Shown: positions 1-8,938, counted from the stretch's first letter. The stretch is DNA of 32,000 bases from Candidatus Scalindua sp. (GCA_031316235.1 JALDRA010000001.1:2520001-2552000); one strand, 5' to 3'. Made by a program: numbers and translations. The notes: generated by a model from the letters alone, not told the origin.

Positions 1-1
1 G

Positions 2-424
2 TATGTAGCAGATGTCGAGACAAACCTTGATTCTGACCTGCCACCTGTCCCCTGTTACCCAGGTGAGTTTAATCAGGTAATTCTCAACTTGATTGTCAAC
101 GCTGCCCATGCCATCGGAGAAGTTCCTGGTAGTGGAAGCGAGGATAAGGGGAAAATTACTATAAGTACTCATTATAATGATGATAAAATTGAGATCTGCA
201 TATGCGATACAGGCGCAGGCATTCCTGAAAATATAAGATCCAGGTTATTTGAACCATTCTTTACAACTAAAGAAGCAGGGAAAGGAACCGGTCAGGGGTT
301 GTCTATTGCACATGCTGTTATAGTAAAAAAACATAATGGAACAATTACCTTTGATTCAGAAATAGGGAAGGGAACAAAATTTATTATTCGCTTACCTCTT
401 TCAGATCAAACGGCACTTAACTAA
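2..424 (+). CDS. Sensor histidine kinase, C-terminal catalytic (HATPase_c) part; 5' end lies outside the window
   Basis: Frame is open from nt 2 (YVADVETNLDSDLPPVPCYPGEFNQVILNLIVNAAHA...). N box NLIVNAAHA, G1 box DTGAGIP, F box FEPFFTTK and G2 box GTGQGLS are present. Stop at 422-424. Confidence 0.9.
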   Translation, partial: YVADVETNLDSDLPPVPCYPGEFNQVILNLIVNAAHAIGEVPGSGSEDKGKITISTHYNDDKIEICICDTGAGIPENIRSRLFEPFFTTKEAGKGTGQGLSIAHAVIVKKHNGTITFDSEIGKGTKFIIRLPLSDQTALN

Positions 425-636
425 ATGTATCAAGAGCACACGACATTTATCCTAAATACGAATGGTCAAAATTTAAGGGTTTTTGTAGAAATAATGCTGA
501 AGCAAACCTGATATTACACTTGAACTTGTGTCAATAATTTGATTCAGGATCAGCGGCAGGCAAGGCCTCTGAACAAAGGCGATAATTTATTTGCGGAGCA
601 AACCAGGATATTAGTGACTGAAAGGACGTAGGTTAT

Positions 637-1776
637 ATGAAGAAACAAATACTCTTTGTTGATGATGAGCCGTGTATCCTGAATGGGTTTAGGCGTATTT
701 TACAAGACCAGCATAATATATGGGAGATGTATTATGTTAGCAACGTTGATGCTGCTTTAGAACAATTAGAAAATGTTAGTATTGACGTAATCGTTTCTGA
801 CATAAATATGCCGGGCAAGGACGGATTTGAGTTGTTAAAAATTCTTCAAGAGGGTGAAAAGACTAAAAATATTCCAGTAATTATCTTAACAGGTTGCAAA
901 GAAAACGGTTTCAAACGGCGCGCCTTGGATCTCGGGGCTATGGATCTTCTTAATAAGCCAGTAGATAGAGATGATCTTTTCGCACGACTCAATAGCATGC
1001 TTCGTCTAAAATCATATCATGATACTCTCGAACAAAGGGTTAAAGAACGAACTGCAGAACTGACATATTCACGAATGGACATAATATGGCGTCTTGGTAA
1101 CCTTGCAGAATTCCGGGATGAAGATACTGGCAATCATATTTTAAGAGTAGGGTCATATTGCAAGGCTATAGCCGAACAACTTGGTATGGGACAAGACTTT
1201 ATCGAGACGTTGTTTTTAACAAGTCCTCTTCATGATATCGGTAAGGTTGGGATTCCAGACAATATCTTATTGAAACCTGGGAAGCTAACTTCTGATGAGT
1301 TTGAAATCATGAAACATCATTGTGTTATAGGTTCAGAAATATTTTATCAGGATTCCAAGATTATGAAGTTATTTCAAACATGGCACAGGAATCAGATACA
1401 AATTGATAAGAGGTTTGATAAAAACCCCATTCAGGAAATGGCAGCGACCATTGCTTTGACACATCATGAAAAATGGAGTGGTACCGGATATCCTAAAGGA
1501 TTATCAAAAAGAGATATTCCTTTAGAATCACGGATTGTTGCGATATCAGATGTTTTTGATGCCTTGAGTACTGTACGTCCATACAAACCTGCATTTTCAG
1601 AAAGTAAAACAATGGACATAATCAGTGGGGAAGTTGGCAGGCATTTTGATCCGGAGGTTTACGAAGCCTTACTGAAATCTATGGAAGAGGTTAGAAAAAT
1701 TAAGGCTCAATTTTCAGACGAAAATATAAATCAGATGACTCTCAAACCAAACGACCTTACGGGTACTGATAATTAA
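637..1776 (+). CDS. Response regulator, REC + HD-GYP domain (RpfG-type predicted c-di-GMP phosphodiesterase)
   Basis: ATG 637 follows AAGGA. REC motifs: FVDDEP, VSDINMPGKDG, LNKP. HD-GYP motifs: LHDIGKVGIPDNILLKPGKLT, HHEKWSGTGYPKGL, SDVFDALSTVRPYK. Confidence 0.88.
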   Translation: MKKQILFVDDEPCILNGFRRILQDQHNIWEMYYVSNVDAALEQLENVSIDVIVSDINMPGKDGFELLKILQEGEKTKNIPVIILTGCKENGFKRRALDLGAMDLLNKPVDRDDLFARLNSMLRLKSYHDTLEQRVKERTAELTYSRMDIIWRLGNLAEFRDEDTGNHILRVGSYCKAIAEQLGMGQDFIETLFLTSPLHDIGKVGIPDNILLKPGKLTSDEFEIMKHHCVIGSEIFYQDSKIMKLFQTWHRNQIQIDKRFDKNPIQEMAATIALTHHEKWSGTGYPKGLSKRDIPLESRIVAISDVFDALSTVRPYKPAFSESKTMDIISGEVGRHFDPEVYEALLKSMEEVRKIKAQFSDENINQMTLKPNDLTGTDN

Positions 1777-1797
1777 ATTGCTGTCGTTAGGAGGAAA

Positions 1798-3102
1798 ATG
1801 GAAAAAATACTTTTTGTAGATGATCAACCGGAAATACTTAGAGGTCTTAGAAGGGCATTGAATACAGAAGATAATGAATGGGACTTTGAATTTGCTACGA
1901 GTGGAGAAGAGGCCCTAAACATCATGTCAAAATCCTCATTTGATGTAGTAATATCAGATATGCGTATGCCAAAAATGAATGGTGTTGAACTCCTGGAAAC
2001 CGTTATGAAACGTTACCCGGAGACAGTTCGTATTATTCTTTCAGGAAGCTCGGAACCGGAGCTGATATTGAAGTCTATCAAGTGTGCACATCAGTTTTTG
2101 ATAAAACCTTGCAATATGGAAACAATGATGTTTACAATTGGACGAGCATGTAAACATCAGGATTTGTTAAGAAACAAAACGTTGAAAAGGATAGTTGCAG
2201 GGACAGAAAAATTATCCAGTCCCCCAGAATTATATAATTCTATTGTATCAGAAATGCAGTCTGACGATGTTTCTATAAGAAAAATTGGACAAATTATTTC
2301 ACAGGACATCTCAATGTCAGCGAAAATCTTACAGATAGTTAATTCCGCTTTTTTCGGCCTTCCACAAAAAATTCTAGACCCACAACAAGCATCAGTTTAC
2401 CTGGGGCTGAATACGTTGAAGGCACTTGTACTTTCTATTTATGTGTTTTCTTCATTTAAGAAAGATTCGAAATTGTTATGGTATTCTCCAACGGATTTAC
2501 AGAAGCACAGTATTATGGTTGGTAATCTGGCAAAGAATATTGCTCGTGTTCAAATGGCTGATGCAAAGGTGATAGAGGAGTCATTGATAGCAGGGATATT
2601 TCATGATATAGGAAAATTAATCATGTTGAACATTCCTGCAGAGTGTAAGATGATAATGGACTATATTGAAAGGACAGGATCTGATCCCTTGGAGGCAGAA
2701 TATGCTGTTTTAAAGACTTCTCATGCAGAATTGGGGGCTTATTTGTTAGGGGTTTGGGGGATTTCTGACAGTGTTGTAGAAGCTGTTGCTTTTCACCACA
2801 ATCCGTCAAAGTTAGATGATGATGTGCTTATCATGCTGGAAAAATGCTCTAATAAGGATACAGGGGAATCGGCATCAGGTGATAAAAGTTCAAAAATAGG
2901 GAAAAATAAGGAATCCTTAGAAGGATTTACTGCACTGACAGCTGTACATGTGGCAAATGCACTGATAATGCAGCAGGGTTGTTCTACCTCTACCCCCGAT
3001 TTCTCAGGCATTGACATGGATTATCTGGGGAGGCTTAATTTGACAGACAAGTTGCCAGGATGGACTGAATGTTGCTATAATATAAGAGATAAAGGGGAAT
3101 AA
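1798..3102 (+). CDS. Response regulator, REC + HDOD domain (paralogue 1)
   Basis: ATG 1798 follows TAGGAGGA. REC motifs: FVDDQP, ISDMRMPKMNG, LIKP. HDOD-type motifs: SMSAKILQIVNSAFFGL, FHDIGKLIML, HAELGAYLLGVWG, AVAFHHNP. Confidence 0.85.
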   Translation: MEKILFVDDQPEILRGLRRALNTEDNEWDFEFATSGEEALNIMSKSSFDVVISDMRMPKMNGVELLETVMKRYPETVRIILSGSSEPELILKSIKCAHQFLIKPCNMETMMFTIGRACKHQDLLRNKTLKRIVAGTEKLSSPPELYNSIVSEMQSDDVSIRKIGQIISQDISMSAKILQIVNSAFFGLPQKILDPQQASVYLGLNTLKALVLSIYVFSSFKKDSKLLWYSPTDLQKHSIMVGNLAKNIARVQMADAKVIEESLIAGIFHDIGKLIMLNIPAECKMIMDYIERTGSDPLEAEYAVLKTSHAELGAYLLGVWGISDSVVEAVAFHHNPSKLDDDVLIMLEKCSNKDTGESASGDKSSKIGKNKESLEGFTALTAVHVANALIMQQGCSTSTPDFSGIDMDYLGRLNLTDKLPGWTECCYNIRDKGE

Positions 3103-4385
3103 TGTTTAAGATAAGGAAAGTGCTCTTTGTTGATGATGAACCGAGCGTTATACATGGATTTAAGAGAATGTTGGGCTCATTGTGCGATAAATGGGACATG
3201 GAGTTCGCCATGAGTGGAAAAGCAGCGCTGAATCACATGTCCAGATCCCCATTTGATGTTGTGGTATCAGATATGCGCATGCCATCAATGGATGGTATTA
3301 AATTCCTTGATACTGTTATGGAGCTTTATCCAGAGACTGTCCGTATTATGATTTCAGGGCACTCAGATCGTGAGATGATATTGAGGTCTGTTAAGTGTGC
3401 ACATCAGTTTTTGGCGAAGCCGTGTGATTTAAAGGCAATACAGTACACAATTGAGCGTACATGCAAACTACGAGATTTGTTAAAAAATGAAATTTTGAAA
3501 AAATATGTTACAGGAATAAAGGATTTGCCCAGCTTCCCTGGTCTCTATAATTTAATTGTAAGAGAAATGCAGTCTCCTGAACCCTCTATTAAGAAAATTG
3601 GTTATATTATTTCTCAGGATGTCTCAATGTCTGCCAAAGTATTACAGCTTGTTAATTCAGCATTTTCCGGTCTTCCAAAAGAAATCCGAGACCCACAGCA
3701 GGCAACAATTCGTCTTGGAATAGATGCACTGCAAGCGCTTGTCCTTTCTAACTATGTATTTTCTTCTTTTCCAGAAGGAGCTGAATTGTATGGTCTTTCT
3801 TTATTAGATATTTGGAAGCACAACTTGATGACGAGTAGACTTGCTAGAGATATTGCTTATGTTGAATCGGGAGAAAAAGAAATAGCGGAAGAGGCTTTAA
3901 CCGCCGGTATGTTTCATGATATAGGAAAGCTGATATTACTGAAATTTCCCACGCAGCACAAAGAGGTAATGGAATTTGTAGAAAAACATGGGTGTGACCA
4001 TGTAGAAGCTGAATATGCTGTCTTGAAAACTTCCCATGCAGAATTGGGGTCCTATCTATTAGGATTGTGGGGAATTCCTGACAATGTTGTAGAAGCTGTT
4101 GCTTTTCACCACAATCCGTCAAAGTTACAGGAAGAAATGCTTTTCATATCAGGTGATTCCTTTAATAGTAATTTAAATCTGGAACGGGACAAGAACTTCT
4201 TAACAAGCTTTACGACAGTGACAGCAGTGCATGTAGCTAATGCATTGATGATGCAGAAATATTGTTCTTCCGACTCTACTGTTTTTCAGTATATCGATAT
4301 GGATTATTTGAAAACTTTTAATTTAATAGACAAATTGCCAAAATGGGTAGGATGTTATAAAAAAATTTTACAGGAAGAGGTCTAA
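3102..4385 (+). CDS. Response regulator, REC + HDOD domain (paralogue 2, tandem duplicate of 1798..3102)
   Basis: The ATG overlaps the upstream stop (TAATG at 3100-3104). Same architecture and colinear similarity to the upstream gene: VSDMRMPSMDG, SMSAKVLQLVNSAFSGL, FHDIGKLILL, AVAFHHNP. Confidence 0.85.
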   Translation: MFKIRKVLFVDDEPSVIHGFKRMLGSLCDKWDMEFAMSGKAALNHMSRSPFDVVVSDMRMPSMDGIKFLDTVMELYPETVRIMISGHSDREMILRSVKCAHQFLAKPCDLKAIQYTIERTCKLRDLLKNEILKKYVTGIKDLPSFPGLYNLIVREMQSPEPSIKKIGYIISQDVSMSAKVLQLVNSAFSGLPKEIRDPQQATIRLGIDALQALVLSNYVFSSFPEGAELYGLSLLDIWKHNLMTSRLARDIAYVESGEKEIAEEALTAGMFHDIGKLILLKFPTQHKEVMEFVEKHGCDHVEAEYAVLKTSHAELGSYLLGLWGIPDNVVEAVAFHHNPSKLQEEMLFISGDSFNSNLNLERDKNFLTSFTTVTAVHVANALMMQKYCSSDSTVFQYIDMDYLKTFNLIDKLPKWVGCYKKILQEEV

Positions 4386-4386
4386 A

Positions 4387-5544
4387 GTGAACGAGAAAAT
4401 ACTTTTTGTAGACGATGACATTAGCATTCTCTCAGCATGTAAGAGACTCTTAAGCAGCGAGTACGATGTAATGACAGCCGATAGTGGTAAGCAAGGAATA
4501 ATTGCACTTAAGGAAAATGGGCCTGTTGCTGTTGTTTTTAGTGATTTTCGCATGCCGGAGATGAACGGAATTCAATTTCTTTCTACTTCAAGACAAATTT
4601 CACCGGATACTGTTCGTATCTTGCTTACCGGGCAAGCTGACATGCAAGCAACAATCGATGCAGTTAACGAGGGCAATATCTTCCTTTTTCTTACAAAACC
4701 ATGTGAAAATCCAAAGCTCATGAAGGCCTTAAACTTAGCAATAAGACAATATCAGCTCGTTATGGCAGAACGTGAGCTTTTAGAAAGAACACTAAAAGGC
4801 AGTATTAAGCTTCTGAGCGATATACTATCAATGGTTAGCCCTATAGCATTTAGCTGTTCAACCAGGATTAGTAATATGGCAAAAAGATTAGCAGTAAACC
4901 TGAATATACAAAATATATGGGAAGTAGAAGTTGCTGCAATGCTCTCACAGATAGGATGTGTTACGATTCCAGGAGAGACACTGGAAAAGAGGAACAGAGC
5001 CGTTAGTCTTACCGAAAGTGAAAAAACAATGTTTATAGAAATTCCTAATATAGGAAAAAAATTACTATCTAATATTCCACGCCTGGAACGAATTGCTGAT
5101 GCAGTTGCGTATCAAGAGAAACAGTACGATGGTGGAGGCATACCGAAAGATAATAGAAAAGGTACAGATATTCCCTTGATCTCAAGAATTCTTAAGGTAG
5201 TTCTTGATTTTGATGTAATGATAACAAAAGGGATGACAAAACAAAAAGCACTTAGCGAAATGCGAGCACAATCACAATGGTATGATCCAGATGTTTATGC
5301 AGCACTTGAAAACGAAATCATCAGTTTAAAAGAAGGATTTGTGCAAAGAACAATAATGTTGAAAGATGTTCAACCTGGAATGGTGTTAGCAGACGATATT
5401 AAAACCGGCAAAGGGGTGCTTCTATTACAAAAGGGCCATGAAATTACAGACATTATGATAACAAGATTATTAAATATAAAGCATTATGACTCAATTGTTG
5501 AACCGATTAAGATAAGAAAGGAATTAGTGTCATATCAACCATAA
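4387..5544 (+). CDS. Response regulator, REC + degenerate (probably non-catalytic) HD-GYP-like domain
   Basis: GTG start lies 1 nt after the upstream stop and is preceded by GGAAGAGG. REC motifs: FVDDDI, FSDFRMPEMNG, LTKP. The output domain is colinear with HD-GYP, but HD is replaced by SQ (LSQIGC), HHE by YQE, and GYP by GIP (YQEKQYDGGGIP). Confidence 0.8.
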   Translation: MNEKILFVDDDISILSACKRLLSSEYDVMTADSGKQGIIALKENGPVAVVFSDFRMPEMNGIQFLSTSRQISPDTVRILLTGQADMQATIDAVNEGNIFLFLTKPCENPKLMKALNLAIRQYQLVMAERELLERTLKGSIKLLSDILSMVSPIAFSCSTRISNMAKRLAVNLNIQNIWEVEVAAMLSQIGCVTIPGETLEKRNRAVSLTESEKTMFIEIPNIGKKLLSNIPRLERIADAVAYQEKQYDGGGIPKDNRKGTDIPLISRILKVVLDFDVMITKGMTKQKALSEMRAQSQWYDPDVYAALENEIISLKEGFVQRTIMLKDVQPGMVLADDIKTGKGVLLLQKGHEITDIMITRLLNIKHYDSIVEPIKIRKELVSYQP

Positions 5545-5666
5545 AGTGTCATGTAAAGTTTGGATAGTCTCATCCTGACATCAATCGTAGTAAAACAGTC
5601 AATTAGCTTTTGAATTTTTATTGTTTCTAAATTTTGGTCATGATTGTACTTTTTTTACCTTTGTAC

Positions 5667-5833
5667 TATACTAAAACTGATTAGGTTTTCGATTTTACCC
5701 GTCCGAACGGTGGATAGGCCGGGCAGGCCGGAAAGAAAATCCTGGTGAAGGTATCCCCGGACAAAGCGCCGAGGATTTTACCCGCTCAAATTTATCTCGG
5801 ATTTTGTCCGAAATCCATTAACAGGTGAGTATA
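5667..5833 (+). repeat. T-element copy C (long form, L + R modules)
   Basis: Starts tatactaaaactgattaggttttcgattttacc and ends ctcggattttgtccgaaatccattaacaggtgagtata. Aligns with 25308-25447 and, in reverse complement, with 15623-15758. Confidence 0.85.
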
Positions 5834-5922
5834 TATGCGAAAAGGATATACCGTTAAGCCATAAGCAGAACCCTTTCCTTAGCAAGTAAACGGGTAAGAT
5901 GGATATGTAAAGGAGGACCGAT

Positions 5923-6177
5923 GTGATAGAGTACGATTTTGTTGAGCTAAACAAACAGAAACTTTTAGAAGATAAGAATTACGCAATAGATGCGAGAGAT
6001 TTTTATATCAGCAAAACAGAAAAAAGAGTATTTAGTTTTGAACGCATCAGAAATGAGAGTATTGCCTGGCTCGAACAGGAAATCAATCAGCCCAATACCT
6101 CGGGTCAATGGCAATTCTTCTGTAACAACTATCCGAGCGAAGGGCTTCAGGCTGATATCATTTCTCCTTATTTATAG
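5923..6177 (+). CDS. Hypothetical small protein (84 aa)
   Basis: GTG start lies 6 nt after a perfect AGGAGG (5911-5916). No recognisable domain. Convergent with the 6193..6882 gene. Confidence 0.4.
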   Translation: MIEYDFVELNKQKLLEDKNYAIDARDFYISKTEKRVFSFERIRNESIAWLEQEINQPNTSGQWQFFCNNYPSEGLQADIISPYL

Positions 6178-6192
6178 GAGTGAGGGAAACAC

Positions 6193-6882
6193 TCAAACAA
6201 AAAATATAGAGCCTCCATCATACAGGTATTCATCTGAAAGAGTTACTATGTCAAAATCAAGTTTTAACAGGTACTCTTTCAACCGTTTACCGTCAGTATG
6301 CAGTTCGATATTTCCATTAAAGAATATCCTTTTACCCGATCTGCCGGCAGCTCCTCCAATAAAGCCATTTTTATGGTCCCGTATGATTATCTCTTCAGGG
6401 TTAAAATAGAAACAGGATAATCCCTTCTGCAATAATACTTTTTCTATACCCCTGTCAGAGGTGACATAGTTATTTCCGCACAGATGCAGAAGGCTGCACC
6501 GCGTATACGGCTGCGGTACATGAATATACTCCTTATCTCTATTTAGTTCCAATACTGATGGGTCAGTATATCCTGACTTATGAAAAAGGAAATCAGGGGT
6601 ACACAGGCAATTGAATTGAACACTGTTGCACAACTCATCCCCTACCGCCCACTTTCCTCTTGCACAGGTAACAGCCTTCTTATGTAAGAACTCAAATAAC
6701 TGATCCGGTGCGTTTGGTGCTACCACAAGTTGCCCTTCATGCTGGTAGATAAAAATATCGGGGTGCCCCGATATAGAATTGCCGGTTATCCCGCATGTTC
6801 GAAACTCGTAAACATCCGTAACATATTCTTTTAAATTGCCGACAGCCTGTTTACCAGATCTGGAATCAATTATCGCAAACAT
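6193..6882 (-). CDS. Conserved-looking hypothetical protein (229 aa), translationally coupled to the upstream radical SAM gene; possibly a guanidino-modifying-enzyme-fold (DUF6873-like) protein
   Basis: Long ORF whose start overlaps the radical SAM stop by 17 nt (6866-6882). Motifs GHPDIFIY, GFIGGAAG and a C-terminal YDGGSIFFV. The family assignment is from memory only and is tentative. Confidence 0.6.
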   Translation of the reverse strand: MFAIIDSRSGKQAVGNLKEYVTDVYEFRTCGITGNSISGHPDIFIYQHEGQLVVAPNAPDQLFEFLHKKAVTCARGKWAVGDELCNSVQFNCLCTPDFLFHKSGYTDPSVLELNRDKEYIHVPQPYTRCSLLHLCGNNYVTSDRGIEKVLLQKGLSCFYFNPEEIIIRDHKNGFIGGAAGRSGKRIFFNGNIELHTDGKRLKEYLLKLDFDIVTLSDEYLYDGGSIFFV

Positions 6883-7870
6883 CTATTTGGTATTTGAAAA
6901 AAGCGGGATTACCGGTAAATCTGACATTGTAGCCTCTGGATTTCAACAGTTCTCTATTGGCCTGCCGATACCCTATCGCGTAATGTATCTGTCTGCTGGA
7001 GACAGTAATTGTAATCGTATTTGAAGTGTTCTCATTCAGTTTCGAGTTAATATTCTCTTCCCATATTTTTGTCATGACCATTTCTTTGAAAGAGGCATGA
7101 TAGGGGCCTGCAATAAACGACTTCCCGATAACCAGCTCTTCTGATGGATGGAGACCCATTCGTATTATCGATACGTTGTTTTTTTCAAATATATGAACAA
7201 TATTCTTTGTCCATTCTACTGCCTGTTCAAGTGTTAATGGTATGTACTTCCCTGCATGATACAATTTTTCCAGGGCTGTTCCCTTTACAACAATTGCAGG
7301 ATAAATCCGCACATTCCTTGCTCCAAATGAGACGATATCATTAGCAGTCTGAATAGATTTTTTATAAGTGTCTTCCGGCAGACCAATCATCATTTGAAGC
7401 CCCAGTTCGAAGCCATTTTTACAGATCAGATCAGCCGCATTTCTGATATCTTCGAAAGTGTGTCCCCGTCCAGATTTACTTAATACTTCCCGGTTGGTAG
7501 ACTGGACACCCAGCTCAATGATTGTTACACCATATTTTCTCAGTAATTCAAGAACTGCTCCATTAATATAATCCGGTCTTGTAGACAACCTGATACCGGA
7601 TATTTTCCCGTTCATAACAAACCGGAAAGCTTCTTTTAAATATTGTTCCTGTAAAACGAGAGGTATGCCAGTGAAACTCCCACCAAAAAAAGCAATAGTA
7701 ACTGTTCTGTTTCCAGGCATGGTTTCCAGGTACTGTTCTACAATACCTTTAACGTCCCCTGGCCCGGGAATTGAACGCCTTCCGCTGATTTTCTCCTGAT
7801 CGCAGAAAACGCATTTATGAGGACAGGCCAGTTCCGGAATAAATATTGGTATGTTGGAATGCTTTTTCAT
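6866..7870 (-). CDS. Radical SAM protein, Elp3-like catalytic core without an acetyltransferase domain (COG1243-type)
   Basis: N-terminal IPIFIPELACPHKCVFCDQ carries the CxxxCxxC cluster motif. FFGGSFTG, TIIELGVQS and LQMMIGLPEDT are typical of the Elp3/HemN-like core. Confidence 0.85.
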   Translation of the reverse strand: MKKHSNIPIFIPELACPHKCVFCDQEKISGRRSIPGPGDVKGIVEQYLETMPGNRTVTIAFFGGSFTGIPLVLQEQYLKEAFRFVMNGKISGIRLSTRPDYINGAVLELLRKYGVTIIELGVQSTNREVLSKSGRGHTFEDIRNAADLICKNGFELGLQMMIGLPEDTYKKSIQTANDIVSFGARNVRIYPAIVVKGTALEKLYHAGKYIPLTLEQAVEWTKNIVHIFEKNNVSIIRMGLHPSEELVIGKSFIAGPYHASFKEMVMTKIWEENINSKLNENTSNTITITVSSRQIHYAIGYRQANRELLKSRGYNVRFTGNPAFFKYQIDVCDN

Positions 7871-7900
7871 GGTATCCTGACAGAATTGATGAGTATATCA

Positions 7901-8028
7901 GGTGTTTGAACGAAAACTACCCATCTACGGCGTTGCTGCAATAATGACGTAATCCTCACGTACTTGAGTACGCTCCGGTTACGTAATTATTTCGCGCCTT
8001 GTACCTGGGCAGTTTTCGTTCAAACACC
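7901..8028. repeat. H-element copy 1 (palindromic intergenic element with GGCAGTTTTCG-type termini)
   Basis: 23-nt terminal inverted repeat with one mismatch: ggtgtttgaacgaaaactaccca versus tgggcagttttcgttcaaacacc. The arms stay partly complementary inward (aataatgacgtaat / acgtaattatt). Confidence 0.8.
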
Positions 8029-8050
8029 GGGTTTTCGTTCGCGCACTATC

Positions 8051-8139
8051 TCTGCTAAAACCGATTTGGTTTCAGATTTTTTTAAAAACCAAGATCTGGT
8101 TTCCGGTAAAACCGAAAACCAGATCTTGGTTTTAGTATA
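8051..8139 (-). repeat. T-element copy E (L module only, with both ends of the ...ctaaaacc / ggttttagtata type)
   Basis: Sequence is tctgctaaaaccgatttggttt...aaaaaccaagatctggtttccggtaaaaccgaaaaccagatcttggttttagtata. It matches the reverse complement of the left part of 25308-25447. Confidence 0.8.
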
Positions 8140-8204
8140 CCTGTCGCAAATCTCTCAATAGTGATGATAATATAATTAATTATGAGAATAGACAACTAAT
8201 TATT

Positions 8205-8732
8205 ATGAATAAAGATAAAACAAAAATTGACTGGATTATAGCCACATGGTTTGGCTCAGGGCTTCTCCCCAAAGCGCCAGGAACATGGGGGAGCTTGATC
8301 GCTATACCCTTTGCATTTATACTTTATCTATATACCGGCCCATACGGTCTCATGTCCGGGACAGTTGCTTTATTCTTTATCGGCGTGTGGGCATCAAACA
8401 ATGCTGAAAGAAATGCTCAAAGGAAGGACCCGGGATTTATTGTTGTCGATGAAGTAGTCGGTCAATGGATAGCCCTGTTCCCGCTCTCTTTCAGCTTTAT
8501 CTTCAACAATCATGATTCTCTCAATTTCATTTTTGCTTCTATCTCATCAGTGGCATTCATCTCTTTCCGCATTTTTGACATATGGAAACCATGGCCTATC
8601 AGAAATATAGACACGAGCATCCCAGGTGGTCTGGGAATAATGCTGGATGATGTTATTGCGGGAGCCTACGCCCTGATAATAACAACCCTGTTTACCGTAA
8701 CAGTGTTCTGGATTATTGTACTCATCTCATAA
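8205..8732 (+). CDS. pgpA: Phosphatidylglycerophosphatase A
   Basis: WFGSGLLPKAPGTWGSL, VVDEVVGQW and FRIFDIWKPWPI are hallmark PgpA motifs. The last five codons and the stop lie inside a repeat copy. Confidence 0.9.
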   Translation: MNKDKTKIDWIIATWFGSGLLPKAPGTWGSLIAIPFAFILYLYTGPYGLMSGTVALFFIGVWASNNAERNAQRKDPGFIVVDEVVGQWIALFPLSFSFIFNNHDSLNFIFASISSVAFISFRIFDIWKPWPIRNIDTSIPGGLGIMLDDVIAGAYALIITTLFTVTVFWIIVLIS

Positions 8733-8800
8733 TGGTTTTCAGATAAAATCCGAGATAAATTTGAGCGAGTATACCTTCACCAAGATTTGGTTTTAGTATA
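8717..8800 (-). repeat. T-element copy D (internally deleted form)
   Basis: Sequence is tgtactcatctcataatggttttcagataaaatccgagataaatttgagcgagta|taccttcaccaagatttggttttagtata. Colinear with the reverse complement of 25308-25447 but lacks two internal segments. Confidence 0.8.
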
Positions 8801-8938
8801 TCTCCCCTCCTGCCCTTTCAGTTATCTTTGAATAATTCCGATTCCCTGTGACTGCAGAAGGATGTACGACAGTGTTTTGAAAGACTGTAGAGTCAGGTGT
8901 ACAACACTTCACACATACGCTGCAACTTTCATCACAAA

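Noticed and set aside
2621-4122. Antisense ORFs 2621..2809 and 3844..4122 that share the N-terminus MTDCGEKQQLLQHCQ
   Set aside because: They lie entirely antisense to the two REC-HDOD genes. Their shared start simply mirrors the 43-nt identical patch on the sense strand. Neither has an RBS or a recognisable domain.
5990-6409. 139-aa ORF on the + strand
   Set aside because: It is antisense to the better-supported 6193..6882 gene and out of frame with the RBS-supported 5923..6177 ORF. Its composition is low-complexity.
7964-8161. 65-aa ORF across the radical SAM / pgpA intergenic region
   Set aside because: It is composed almost entirely of H-element and T-element repeat sequence, so it is an artefact of the repeats.
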